A stretch of 64,000 bases of DNA from Octopus sinensis (lineage: Eukaryota), in NCBI RefSeq assembly GCF_006345805.1, contig NC_043010.1:29822001-29886000 (forward strand), given 5' to 3'. Each line of letters begins with the position of its first letter. The first letter of the stretch is position 1. Both the position numbers and the translations under genes were made by a program. The notes under the pieces are model-generated. The model worked only from the letters and a program-made list of their open reading frames with translations, did not search any database and was not told the DNA's origin. Positions 1 to 10,782 of the stretch are shown piece after piece.

Positions 1-440
1 GCAATCACATTCATTGCTACAGCTCAAGTTGTTACAATTACTGCAAGGATGTTGCAAATGCAGCGGTTATTGTTGTTGCCATTACTTCCAACCTGTTGAT
101 ACTAGCATTGTTGATGACATCAGTTCTTGCTTTTATCTCTGCTGGTGGTGTTATTGCAGGTGCTGTTGTAGCTCTTATTTCTATTGTCACAGCTGCTATT
201 ACTAGCACTGCAGCTGCTGTTTTGGTTCTTAACATATTTGCAGCTATTCTTTAAAATGCTGCAGTTGTCTTTCAGTTTACTGCAGTCGTTTTCTATTTTA
301 CAAATGCAGCAGCTGTATCTTAGTGTCACTTTTATACTGCAACTGCAGCTGTCATTATTTTCCTCCTGTTTACAAGTAAGTTTTCTGCAGCTCACAAGCT
401 GCAGCTAATAATGCAGTTGTTGTTGTTTATACAGTGTTAG
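1..440. repeat. Degenerate triplet-periodic (GCA/TGT/TTG-like) low-complexity tract in the presumed ZNF A 3' UTR
   Basis: Recurrent tgttgttg, gctgcagc and ctgctgt motifs; only short low-complexity ORFs. Confidence 0.7.
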
Positions 441-444
441 GTTG

Positions 445-1258
445 TTACGAGTACAGGGCTTGCCATAAGTGATTGCTCACCTGGGAGGAGTATTCTTTCA
501 TGTTTTTGTACGAAGAACCTTTCAGAAAGTTGTTCTGCATGAATGACATTGCAGCCGGGGTGGGATGGGGGTGGGGGTGGGAATGGTTGTTGTGGTGAGC
601 GTTTCGGAACTGAGCGTGCGTTCGCTTGTGCCTTTGCAGCTTGTCCGTGCGAGCGAACTGCTTGCCGCACGCCTCACAACTGAATGGTTTCTCGCCGGTA
701 TGAGTCCGCTTGTGGATCTGCAAAGTGTCTCGTCTCGCAAACTGTTGGATGCAGTAGTCGCAGCGGAATGGTTTCTCAAAGGTGTGGGTCCTCTTGTGAC
801 AGATGAGCGTGTCGCGACGGGCGAAACGATCTCCGCAGACGTCGCAGGCGAAGGCCTTCTCGCCGGTATGAGTCCGCTTGTGGATCTGCAGAGTGTCACC
901 GCGGGCAAACTGCTGAATGCAGAAGTCGCAGTGAAAGGGTTTCTCGCAGGTGTGGGTCCTCCTATGACAACGGAGCGTGTCACGCCTCGCAAACTGTTCG
1001 CTGCAAAAATCGCAACGAAACGGTTTTTCGCCGGTGTGGGTGCGCTTGTGGCAAATGAGGGTGTCACGTCGTGCAAACTGTTTGGGGCACGACTCGCAAT
1101 GAAATGGTTTCTCGCCAGTGTGGGTGCGTTTGTGGCATTGAAGTGTGTCTCGGCGTGCAAATTTCTTCATACAGACATCACAGTGGTAGGGCTTCTCTCG
1201 CTGCTCTGTAGCAGTTGGCTGTTGTTGTTGTTGCTGTTGTTGTTGAGATTGTTGACCG

Positions 1259-1289
<31 letters not shown>

Positions 1290-1983
1290 GATGGTGGTTG
1301 TTGGCATTGTTGTTAATGCTGCTGTTTTCATTGCCATGCATGTGAACATGGTGTGCAGACTGCGATGATGGGGTTCGGTTTGATATGTGGTGGCCACTGG
1401 GTAGTATGTCAGAGGTAGGGGGAGAGGAGCAAGGCCCACCACTGCCTGTCACTCTTAAAGGGGATACTGCTGATGATGGTGTTGTTGTTGTTGTCGATGG
1501 TGTTGAAGATGACGATGACGAGGATGACGGCCCCGGTGGAGGCATCACACCTGAGTGAGAGTGGGTAGGAGACTTGGATCCGCCACCACTCTGAATAGCA
1601 TAGGGCTTGCCATAGTTATCCCAGCTGGAGTTGTTGCTAGCATTGTTATTGTTGTTGCTCTCGGTACCCATGTTGTTGCCGCTGCTTGTGTTGTTGCTGG
1701 TGTTGGCTGAGGATTCAGAGGAACAGGGCATGCGACTCAGATTGTGAGAGCTTCCATGCTGTTGCTGGGGGTGGCAACCGGCATGGTTAGGATGATGGTG
1801 ATGGTGGTGGTGATGGTGGGGGTGGGTGTGAGAATGGGGGTGGGAGTGGGCATGCAGGGACTGTGAGTGCTGGCGCAGCTCACAGCTCGGTGGTGCATAC
1901 TGCATGCCACTGCACATATCCTCTCCAGCATGATGTGCAAATGGAGGTGCAGGGGGCATGGACCCGACAACTTTCTCATTCAT
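445..1983 (-). CDS. C2H2 zinc-finger transcription factor A (512 aa, 7 tandem fingers, His/Gln/Ser/Asn-rich N-terminus)
   Basis: Intact ORF with seven Cx2Cx12Hx3H fingers and TGEKP-type linkers; helices RRDTLQC, RRDTLIC, RRDTLRC, RGDTLQI, RRDTLIC, RRDTLQI, RTDKLQR; ATG in gaagATGA context with an in-frame TAG upstream (2005-2007); poly-His and poly-Gln tracts. Confidence 0.95.
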
Positions 1984-2015
1984 CTTCAGTCTGAATGCTT
2001 GTAGCTACACTCCAG

Positions 2016-2035
2016 CTGTAAGTAAGGTGCAATTG
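2016..2035 (-). promoter_or_regulatory. Candidate 3' splice acceptor for the ZNF A coding exon (exon starts 2015)
   Basis: Minus strand reads ...gcaccttacttacAG|ctggag, 32 nt upstream of the ATG; pyrimidine tract is short. Confidence 0.45.
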
Positions 2036-2735
2036 TGCAGACCAGGTTGTTGTTTTGATGCAGCAGCCACAATTGCAACAAGCAGTTCAACAGCATAACA
2101 TGCACTGAAATAGATAGAAGCTCATTCCAGATGGAGTTTTCAAGGAAAGTTTCTGATGAACTCGAGTAACATCCATATCAGGAACAGTCTGGGCTGGTTA
2201 TACTTGAAGGCTTCATTTCAAGAATTTCCTTTAGCACTCTTCTCCTGGAAAAAACAAAGAGGAAATGAAACTAAAGAGAGACTGGAAAGAAAAAAAAATT
2301 AATTTAGTATTTCTATGTATACAAACATACACCTGTAAGGAAGTTTCTTGGTAGTTATTTGACCCAAGCAATGATATCACAAAATCTCCCTCAACAGACT
2401 CTTCAAAATGACAACCCTGAGATGAAGGAACTTTCAATGTAGTCAAATGAGACCAAATCTTCCCAAATATTGATTTATTGATCATGCTGAAGTCAAACTG
2501 ACTTCAGTATCATCAGTGAAGGAAGCTTATAATGAACCAAAAGGTACTCTCAGGCATGTTTACAAGTTAAAAGCTCATTCTGAAAGTTCAAACCATAAGG
2601 ATCTGGTGATAAATACAAGCAGCTTTTCAATTAAATACAACCAAAAATTTCTCTTTGCATGTTTCATACCAAACAACTGCCTAGTATTTGTATGTGTGTG
2701 TATACAAATACTAGGGAGTATATATGTGTGTGTGT

Positions 2736-3019
2736 GGAGGCGCAATGGCCCAGTGGTTAGGGTAGCAGACTCGCGGTCGTAGGATCGCGGTTTCGATTCC
2801 CAGTCCAGGCGTTGTGAGTGTTTATAGAGAGAAAACACCTAAAAGCTCCACGAGCTCCGGCAGGGGGTGGTGATCCCTGCTGTACTCTTTCTCTCACTCT
2901 TTCTTCTGTTGGCCTGCTCACTTAGCCAGCGGGGTGGCGTCATTTGAAGGCTAAAACAATGCAAACGCATTGTGACCAGCGATGTGTAGCAACATCTGAT
3001 GGTCTGGTCGGTCACGTGA
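2736..3019 (+). mobile_element. tRNA-derived SINE (family A)
   Basis: Head ggcgcaatggcccagtggttag...ggtttcgattccc with Pol III A-box and B-box, followed by a non-tRNA body ending gtcacgtga in a TA tract. Confidence 0.8.
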
Positions 3020-3810
3020 TATATATATATACAATGAAAGTAAACAAAGTTTGCTTTTTAGAAGTGTTGAGATGTATTGAAAGATACAGAAATAATTTAT
3101 TCTCAAATGCATGATAATACTAATACAATAGCACGAACAGGATAAACTATCCATACATTGCAGAAAAATTTGTTACTGGCCAGTAATGAATTTTTCTTCA
3201 ATATATGGATAGTTTATCCTAAATTATTTGTGTGTGTATGTGTGTGTGTATGTATATACATATATATAACACCTTCCTTATCTAAATATACATTTTAATA
3301 CACTTCGTTAACAATTTATTCGCATGCATGTTTGATTCAATAATTTTAATGTACAAGGATTTTTACACTGACACAAATGTAATTTTCTACATATATTTTC
3401 ATAGAAAACTTCCACTGTATGAATTCATATTTCTATAATAACTATTCTTACACAATTATACATCAATAACATACATAATATACTTTGCTTAGAATATGTT
3501 TAAAGACATTTGATTCGATCATTTTAACAGTACACATAGCTTTTCCATCTCATACAAACACAATTTTCTATACATTTGTCATTTAATAATTCTACCAATG
3601 ACTACTATCACATCACCCTGATTTTTTTTTTAAAGAACAAAATCTTTTATGTGTCTCAATCATTTTAGTCAAATAAATCAACCTCATTAATTTTTTTTTT
3701 AAGTTTGGCACCTATTCTACAGGGGGATTCAAAAGTCACCATAAATAGGAAAAATTTCGTTTTTTATAAGAAACAGTTAAATAAAAAAAAATAAATTGTT
3801 CTTATGCGTA

Positions 3811-4207
3811 GAAGTGGCTGTGTGGTAAGTAGCTTGCTTACCAACCACATGGTTCCGGGTTCATTCCCACTGCGTGGCACCTTGGGCAAGTGTCTTCTAC
3901 TTTAGACTCGGGCCGACCAAATCCTTGTGAGTGGATTTGGTAGATGGAAGCTGAAAGAAGCCCGTCGTATATATGTATATACATATGTATGTGTGTGCGT
4001 ATATGTTGTGTATCTGTGTTTGTCCCCCCAACATCACTTGAAAACTGATGCTGGTGTGTTTAGGTCCCTGTAACTTAGCGTTTCGTCAAAAGAGACCGAT
4101 AGAATAAGTACTAGGCTTACAAAGAATAAGTCCTGGGGTCGATTTGATTTGACTAAAGGCGGTGCTCCAGCATGGCCGCAGACAAATGACTGAAACAAGT
4201 AAAAGAA
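3811..4207 (+). mobile_element. tRNA-derived SINE (family B), near full length
   Basis: Head gtggctgtgtggtaagtagcttgc...ggttccgggttc, CORE-like ccttgggcaagtgtctt, internal (TA/TG)n, tail gactgaaacaagtaaaag; many diverged copies in the window (e.g. 4215-4490 -, 6960-7110 -, 9185-9600 +, 48701-49120 +, 55320-55660 +, 60826-61150 +). Confidence 0.85.
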
Positions 4208-5210
4208 TGCATGGCGACTTTTCAATCACCCTGTATTGATCTCCTTTGCTGAACTGCTAGCTAACAGGGACGTAACAACACCAATACCAGTTGTTACGTG
4301 GTGGTGATGGTGGTGGGGAGGAGGGACACAAACACAGACAACAGCGTATGTGTGCACACGCACACACACATGTATATGACAAGCTTCTTTTAGTTTTCAT
4401 CAACCAAATCCACTCACATGGCTTTGGTCAGCCAGAGGTTATAGTAGAGGACACTTACCCAAGATGTCATGCAGTGGAACTGAACTCATTTTCACCACCC
4501 AATGAAAGCTTGTTATCAATTGAATATTTTCCCTGTTTTATTATATATACATACATACCGTCCAACCCATGCCAGCATGGGAAGCGGATGTTCAACAATG
4601 ATGATGATACCTACACACATATATATATGTGTGTATATATGAGATATGTGTGTGTGTGAGTGTGTGTATATGCACATATATATCCTTTTTTTAATACTTG
4701 TTTCAGTCATTAAAATGTGGCCATGCTGGGGTATCACGTTGAAGAAATTTTAGTTGAATGAATTGACCTCAGTATTTATATTTTGTGTGTGTGTGTGTGT
4801 ATGTGAGAGCGAGAGAGCATACATACATATATTATCATCAACATCATTTTCATGTCCACTTCTCTATGATCAAATGGGTTGGACAGGTTATGTTGAGGTG
4901 GATTTTCTATGCACAGACGCCCTTCCTGCTGTAAACACTGACCTGTTTCCCCCGCAAAATAATATTTCCCCAAGACAAAGGACCCTGCTTGTAAGACCAT
5001 GACACTTGTTTACAACAATCACATGATGTCAAGGTATGGAGACAGTCACATACACACACATCACGTATAAATGTGTATATATATATATACACACACACAT
5101 ACATACATACAGATGTCTGGTGCAGGTTTCTGCCTGGCCATCTTATGTCAAACCGTTGCACCCATGCTGGCATGGAAGGTGGATGTTATATATATATATA
5201 TAATATATAA

Positions 5211-5452
5211 ATAGCGAGAAGCTTTACGAAAATAAACAAAAGACGAAGGCAGGTGGAGTACAAACAAACAATTGTATTAGTATGGCGCTCAAGAATAGAA
5301 ATAAAACAAGTCTTTTACGTTTCGAGCCTATGCTCTTCAACAGAAAGATACACAGAAAAGAAACACGGAGAGAAACAAGGAGAGAAAAAAAATGCGTGCA
5401 GGAGCTAACGATTCAACATGGCGGTCTGATTTCGGCCAGAAGTCAGAGATCA
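5211..5452 (-). mobile_element. Penelope-like element 3' terminal fragment
   Basis: Same sequence family as the 3' end of 39328-40085, which encodes a GIY-YIG-like C-terminus; contains a hammerhead-like motif at 5311-5348. Confidence 0.6.
5311..5348 (-). ncRNA. Minimal type-I hammerhead-ribozyme-like motif (variant core CUGUUGA)
   Basis: TCTTT-CTGTTGA-A-GAGC-ATAG-GCTC-GAAAC-GTA-AAAGA: 5-bp stem I, 4-bp stem II, GAAA, palindromic ACGU stem III, GUA cleavage triplet; A6 of the CUGANGA core is replaced by U. Confidence 0.55.
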
Positions 5453-5525
5453 GATATAAATATATATGCATGTGTATATATGTATATACACACATACATA
5501 TACATTGAAACTGAAAAAGCCCATT

Positions 5526-5835
5526 GCGTGTATCATCATCATCATTTAATGTCTGCTTTCCATGCTGGCATGAGTTGGATGGTTTGACTGAGGTCTGGCA
5601 AGCCAGTGGGCTGTACCAGGCTCCAATCTGATTAGGCAATGCTTCTACAGCTGGATGCCCTTCCTAATGCCAACCATTCCAAGAGGGTAGTTGGTGCTTT
5701 TTACATGCCACGGACACAGGAACCAGTCAGGGAGCACTGGCACAGGAGCCAGTCAAGGGGCACTAGCATCCATGATATTTGGATGGTGCTTTTTACATCC
5801 CACTGGCATCAACGATGTTCAGATGATACTGGCAT
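5526..5835 (-). mobile_element. 5'-truncated RTE-type LINE / LINE-tail element (family C)
   Basis: (CAT)n tail followed by tttaa(c/t)gtc.gctttccatgct, with ggatgcccttcctaa core; other copies at about 8503-8800, 19767-19905, 25945-26195 and 27998-28180. Confidence 0.7.
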
Positions 5836-5841
5836 CATATG

Positions 5842-5892
<51 letters not shown>

Positions 5893-8800
5893 AACCACAT
5901 GTGGATTGTTTGCAATTTTTTCCCTTCATCTTCCTTTTCTCTTGGACTTTCCCCTGTCTCCTGTTTCAAACGAAGAGCGTTGCTTGAAACGTAGAAACTA
6001 CTTTTCTTCTCTTCCTTGAGTGTCTGCTAATACTTTGCATGTACCACGCCCTTGCGTCGTTTTTTGTTGTTTTTTTTTCTTTTATTTACATATATATATA
6101 TATATATATGAAATATTAGTGCCAAGCCGTATTTAAGCATAAGCAAAGTTTAGGTTAGTTAAAATATATTTGACATTTTTCAACTTCTAAAAGGCAAATT
6201 CACTGCAGTTACTATGGAGAAAATTTTCAATTATGGTAAAAAGGTATAAAAACACTGTATCTGTCCAGTGTTGCCATCTATCGGCATTCCTAGACATTGA
6301 TGTTTCAAGCTCCTTAGCCATTATCAATGGGAAATACCTAAGAGAGGCAACTCTGGAGAGACCTTATACATAATAGGCTTCTTTCAGTTTCCACCTACTG
6401 AATCCACTCACAAGGCTTTCTTTGACCTGGGGCAATGGCAGAAAACACTTGCCATTCAGTGAGACTGTACCTGGAACCACACACACGTTGCTTTCTTTTC
6501 TTTTTCTATTCATCACTGCTGTCCAAAGATCAGAAAGAAAAAAAATGTGGAGTAATGATTTGAGAAGTTTTCTACTTTCAGTAGACACAAACATGGCTGT
6601 TCAGTTAAGATGTTTGTTTAGTTGTTTTGGATATGGTCCTACTGCATGCCCTCAACAGGTAAGTCTCTTCTATATAGTCAGTCCTGAGTTTATCAATCTC
6701 TTGTAGGGAAACTACTGGAAGCTTGTTGTGAACACACACATATCATCATCACATCCACTTTTTCATGCTGACATGGGTTGGACAGAATTTATCATGATGG
6801 ATACCTATTTCCCAGTAAGGTATTATTTCCCATGAACAGACATGTTTTCACAACAGACTGAAAACAGGGTACTGCTAACATGACAGTCACACTCGTTTAC
6901 AACTATCCCAAAAGGTTATGGTAAAGAGACACGCATACGCACACAAACATACACGACAGGATTCTTTCAGTTTCTGTTTACAAAATCCACTCACAAGGCT
7001 TCACTTGGCTCAGAACTGTAGCAGAAGACACTTGCCCAAGGTGCCATGGAGTAGGACTGAACCCAAAACCATATGGTTGGGAAGCAAACATCTTACCACA
7101 AAGTCATGCCAGTGCCTCCATGTGTGTGTGTGTGTGTGCACGTGTCTGCAAATGTGTGTAAATGTTGACTTTTACACTTATCACCACTGGAGTGACTCAG
7201 TAATGATGTAAGCATTCCTTGTTGACATTATAACTAGTTGCACTGCACTTTTGAAAACCTCTGGAATATAAAATCTTGAAAAACAGGTAAGGCCAGGTGA
7301 CAAGATAAGCATCCAACCATAACATTCTGCCTCAAACAGCTCTGTGTCTGGTCCACTACCCTTTTTTGCCAGTTGCAAGGTGACCTCAGTGTTGATGACA
7401 CAATAAAAAGCTCCAAGTAAACTCTGTAAAGTGGTTGATAAATAAAGAGACAATGCAAGATTCTTTAGTTTTTTTGAGGACATGACAACTTTTTATGTTG
7501 ATGTTACAGTAAAATGCACAGGCATCCTCTGTAAATGAGTTGGTGCTAGGAAGAGCATCCAGCTGTAGACACTATGTCAAAATTGAGGTATCTGAGTCAG
7601 ATGTGTTCCTCTGATCTGTCTAGAAGGGGTTTAACTTGAATAAGAACCCACTTGGATCTTGTTGAAGCATCTAACCCATACAAGCATGGAAAATGAATGT
7701 ACAACGTTGATGGTATGTCTTTTTGTTTTGCCTTATAGCCTCTTGAACCTACCTGGTTGAACAAGCTCTTAAGTAAAATTTGAAGTCCCAGTCAAAACCA
7801 ATTTTATAATAAATTAGATTTTAACATAAGTATATGTTCTGTTGTTATTCTTTAACCTTTTAGCATTTAAACTGGCCATATCTGGCCAAAATATTCTGTC
7901 CGTTTTATGTTTAAATTAGCCAGATCAGGCCTATCACACCTACTCTACAACGTCAGTCTAAAAGTATACAATCAAGTCAAAATTTCAAAGCCATGAGACA
8001 ATGTATGATTAAGCCTGAACAATATAAATAAATAATTTGACAGAGTAATCTGATTGCTAAAGGGTTAAAATAACAACCCAAAACTAAAATTGTGTCAATG
8101 AATGAAACTCTCAGTTGTTGTGTCACTTCAGCTGAATAAATAAAAAATACAGTCATACACACACAATCTATACATACATACAACTGAACTGTGTACAGGA
8201 AGACATGACATGTCACCACAAGGTTTGAGGGATAGTAAATAGTTCTATCCTCCACTCCCTTATGCATCATGTGGTTTGACGATAACCATCATATTTCAGG
8301 ATAAGCTAGTGTGCAGAGTTTGAGCTACATTATATAAATAAGAAACACAGAAAATGTGACTAGTTTCCAGTTCAGTCTCACTGCATGACACCTTGAGCAA
8401 GTGTCTTCTATTATAGTCATTTGTGAATGGAGTGAAAGAAGTCCATTGTGTGTGTGTGTGTGTGGTGTGTGTGTGTGTTGTGTGTGTGAGTATGTGTGTA
8501 TATCATCATCTTCATTTAACATCCATTGTCCATGCTGGAATGGGTTGGACAGTGTGACCAGAGCTGCACCAGACTCCAGTCTGATTTGTTATGGTTTCTA
8601 CAGCTGGATGCCCTTCCTAATGCCAACTTTACAGAATATACTGGGTGCTTTTATGTGGCACCACACGGGCACTTTTACATGTCACCACATGGGCACTTTC
8701 ATGTGACATCACAGGTGTTTTTTCACATGATGCTGCACAGGCACCTTTATGTGACGCTGCGTGGGTACATAGATAGATATATGTATGTGCATGTGTTACT

Positions 8801-9749
8801 GTCTCCTTGATCTGACATCATGTAGGATTGTAAACAAGTACCAATGGAAGCAGAGTCCTTTGTTTCAGGGCATCTGGCCATTGAAAATCTGCCTCAACAA
8901 ATTCTGTGTGAACCATGTAAGCATGGGGATGTGGGCATTGAAACGATGATGATGATGATGATAGCATGTGAACATTTTCTCAAGCTAATTGCCACTATTA
9001 AGGAATCTGAATTAGATTGCTTTCTCAGAGTATCAGCAAAAATATATATTTTTAAAAATAATACCAAGGAAGCAAGCCAAATGGCTCGAGGAAACATGCA
9101 TCTGTTATATAAAGCTTAAAAATCCTAATTGTTTTTTGGAGTTTTTTTTATTTACACACACACACACACATATATATATAGACACAGGCATGAGTGTATG
9201 GTAAGAAGTTTGCTATCCAACCACATGGTCCCATGTTCACTTCCAGTAGGTGACATCTTGGGAAAGTGTTTTAAACTGTAGCCTCAGGCCAACCAAAACT
9301 TTGTGAGAGGATTTGATAGATGGAAACTGAAAGAAGCCTGTAGTACATATATATCTGTGTGTGTGTGTGTGTATGTCTGTATTTTCCCACCCACCCCACT
9401 GCTGCTTAACAACTGGTGTTGATGTGTTTATGTCCCTGTAATTTAGCAGTCTAACAAAAGAGAATGACAGAATAAGTACGAGGCTTAAAAAAAAGGTAAG
9501 TACACAGGTTGATTAATTCAACTGAAATTCTTCAAGGCAGGGCAGAGACTGGCATGGTCACAGTCTAATGACTGAAACAACTAAAGGATAAAATAAAAGA
9601 TATATATATATATATATATATACGTGCACACAGATACACATACCACATACATATATACATGCCACACCCTTAACTATACACCCACACTGCAGGTATGGGT
9701 GTATAGTTAAGAAGTTCACTTATCAACCACAGTGCTACAAGTTCAATGA

Positions 9750-10782
9750 ACTGTGCATGAACTGCTTGGCATTCACGCCAGAAGCTCTAATACAAACATT
9801 TCAGAATGTTTGGGTGTCAATCTGATGACGGTGCAGAGGATTCAGAAAGAGTTGGATGAGTCTAATGGTGATTATGAAGGTACGGCAGCTCGGAAAACAC
9901 ACTCCGAGTGTTCTAATAAGAAAAGAACTTCTGAATTTGTTGGTGAGATCCAGGTCATGGTTGACAACGATCCCTCCAAGTCAATCAGGTCCATCGGAGT
10001 GCCTGAATTTCTTATCAGGCAGGTAGTGCATGAAGGCATTCGGTATTTCTCATAGAAGATGAGAAAGGGCCAGTTTTTAGCCCTTTTTTAACCGAACATG
10101 CTTTGGTTTTTCTTAGATGAGAAAAGTTTCTGCCAGTATCAGATGGTGAACACACAGAACAACTGTTAGCTTGCCGTGTCCCAAAACCATGTACTGAGAG
10201 TGATAAAAATCAAACATCCAGTCTACATCATGGTGTTTGGAATGGTCACTAGTGATGGCGACGTTATGCCTCCATTCATATTCTCACATGGCCCCAAACT
10301 CAACATGGAGGCCTACATCAAGTGTTTGGAAGAGGTAGTGCTGCCTTGGGTCAAGAGGGTGGCTGCTGGAAGACCCTATGTCTGGAAACAGAACTCTGCA
10401 CCATGCGACACAAGCAGGAGAACCCGGCTGTCAGACAGTTTCTGCGACCACATCACCCCTAACATCTGGCCACATAACTCCCTAGACTGCAACCTTCTTG
10501 ATTATTATGTGTGGGGCATAGTTGCATGAGAGACCAACAAAACTCCTTGTAATATTGGCAGCATTCACCAACTTAAACAAGGAGACCATCCAGAAGAGTT
10601 GCAGGAGATTCTGAAGTTGTCTGGAGGCTGTGGTTGGAGCCAATGGCAATTTTATTGAATAAATTTATTCCTTAGTATTTAAAGATATTTTTATGTAATT
10701 TTGGTAAATATATATGTTAAAATGAGATGTCAGTGTTATTTTCATTTTAGCATAATATAGACAATTTATTCACCACACCCTG
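9750..10782 (+). mobile_element. Tc1/mariner-superfamily DD37D (maT) transposon remnant, copy 1
   Basis: Broken transposase (FLDEK...VWKQNSAPC...LDCNLLDYYVWG); right TIR ...caatttattcaccacaccctg followed by TA. Confidence 0.8.

Noticed and set aside
565-1368. 267-aa plus-strand ORF (and 522-1160 in another minus frame) overlapping ZNF A
   Set aside because: Shadow ORFs typical of GC-rich C2H2 repeats; no independent protein features
2739-2815. Possible tRNA gene
   Set aside because: A/B boxes are present but there is no clean acceptor stem or poly-T terminator, and it continues into a SINE body
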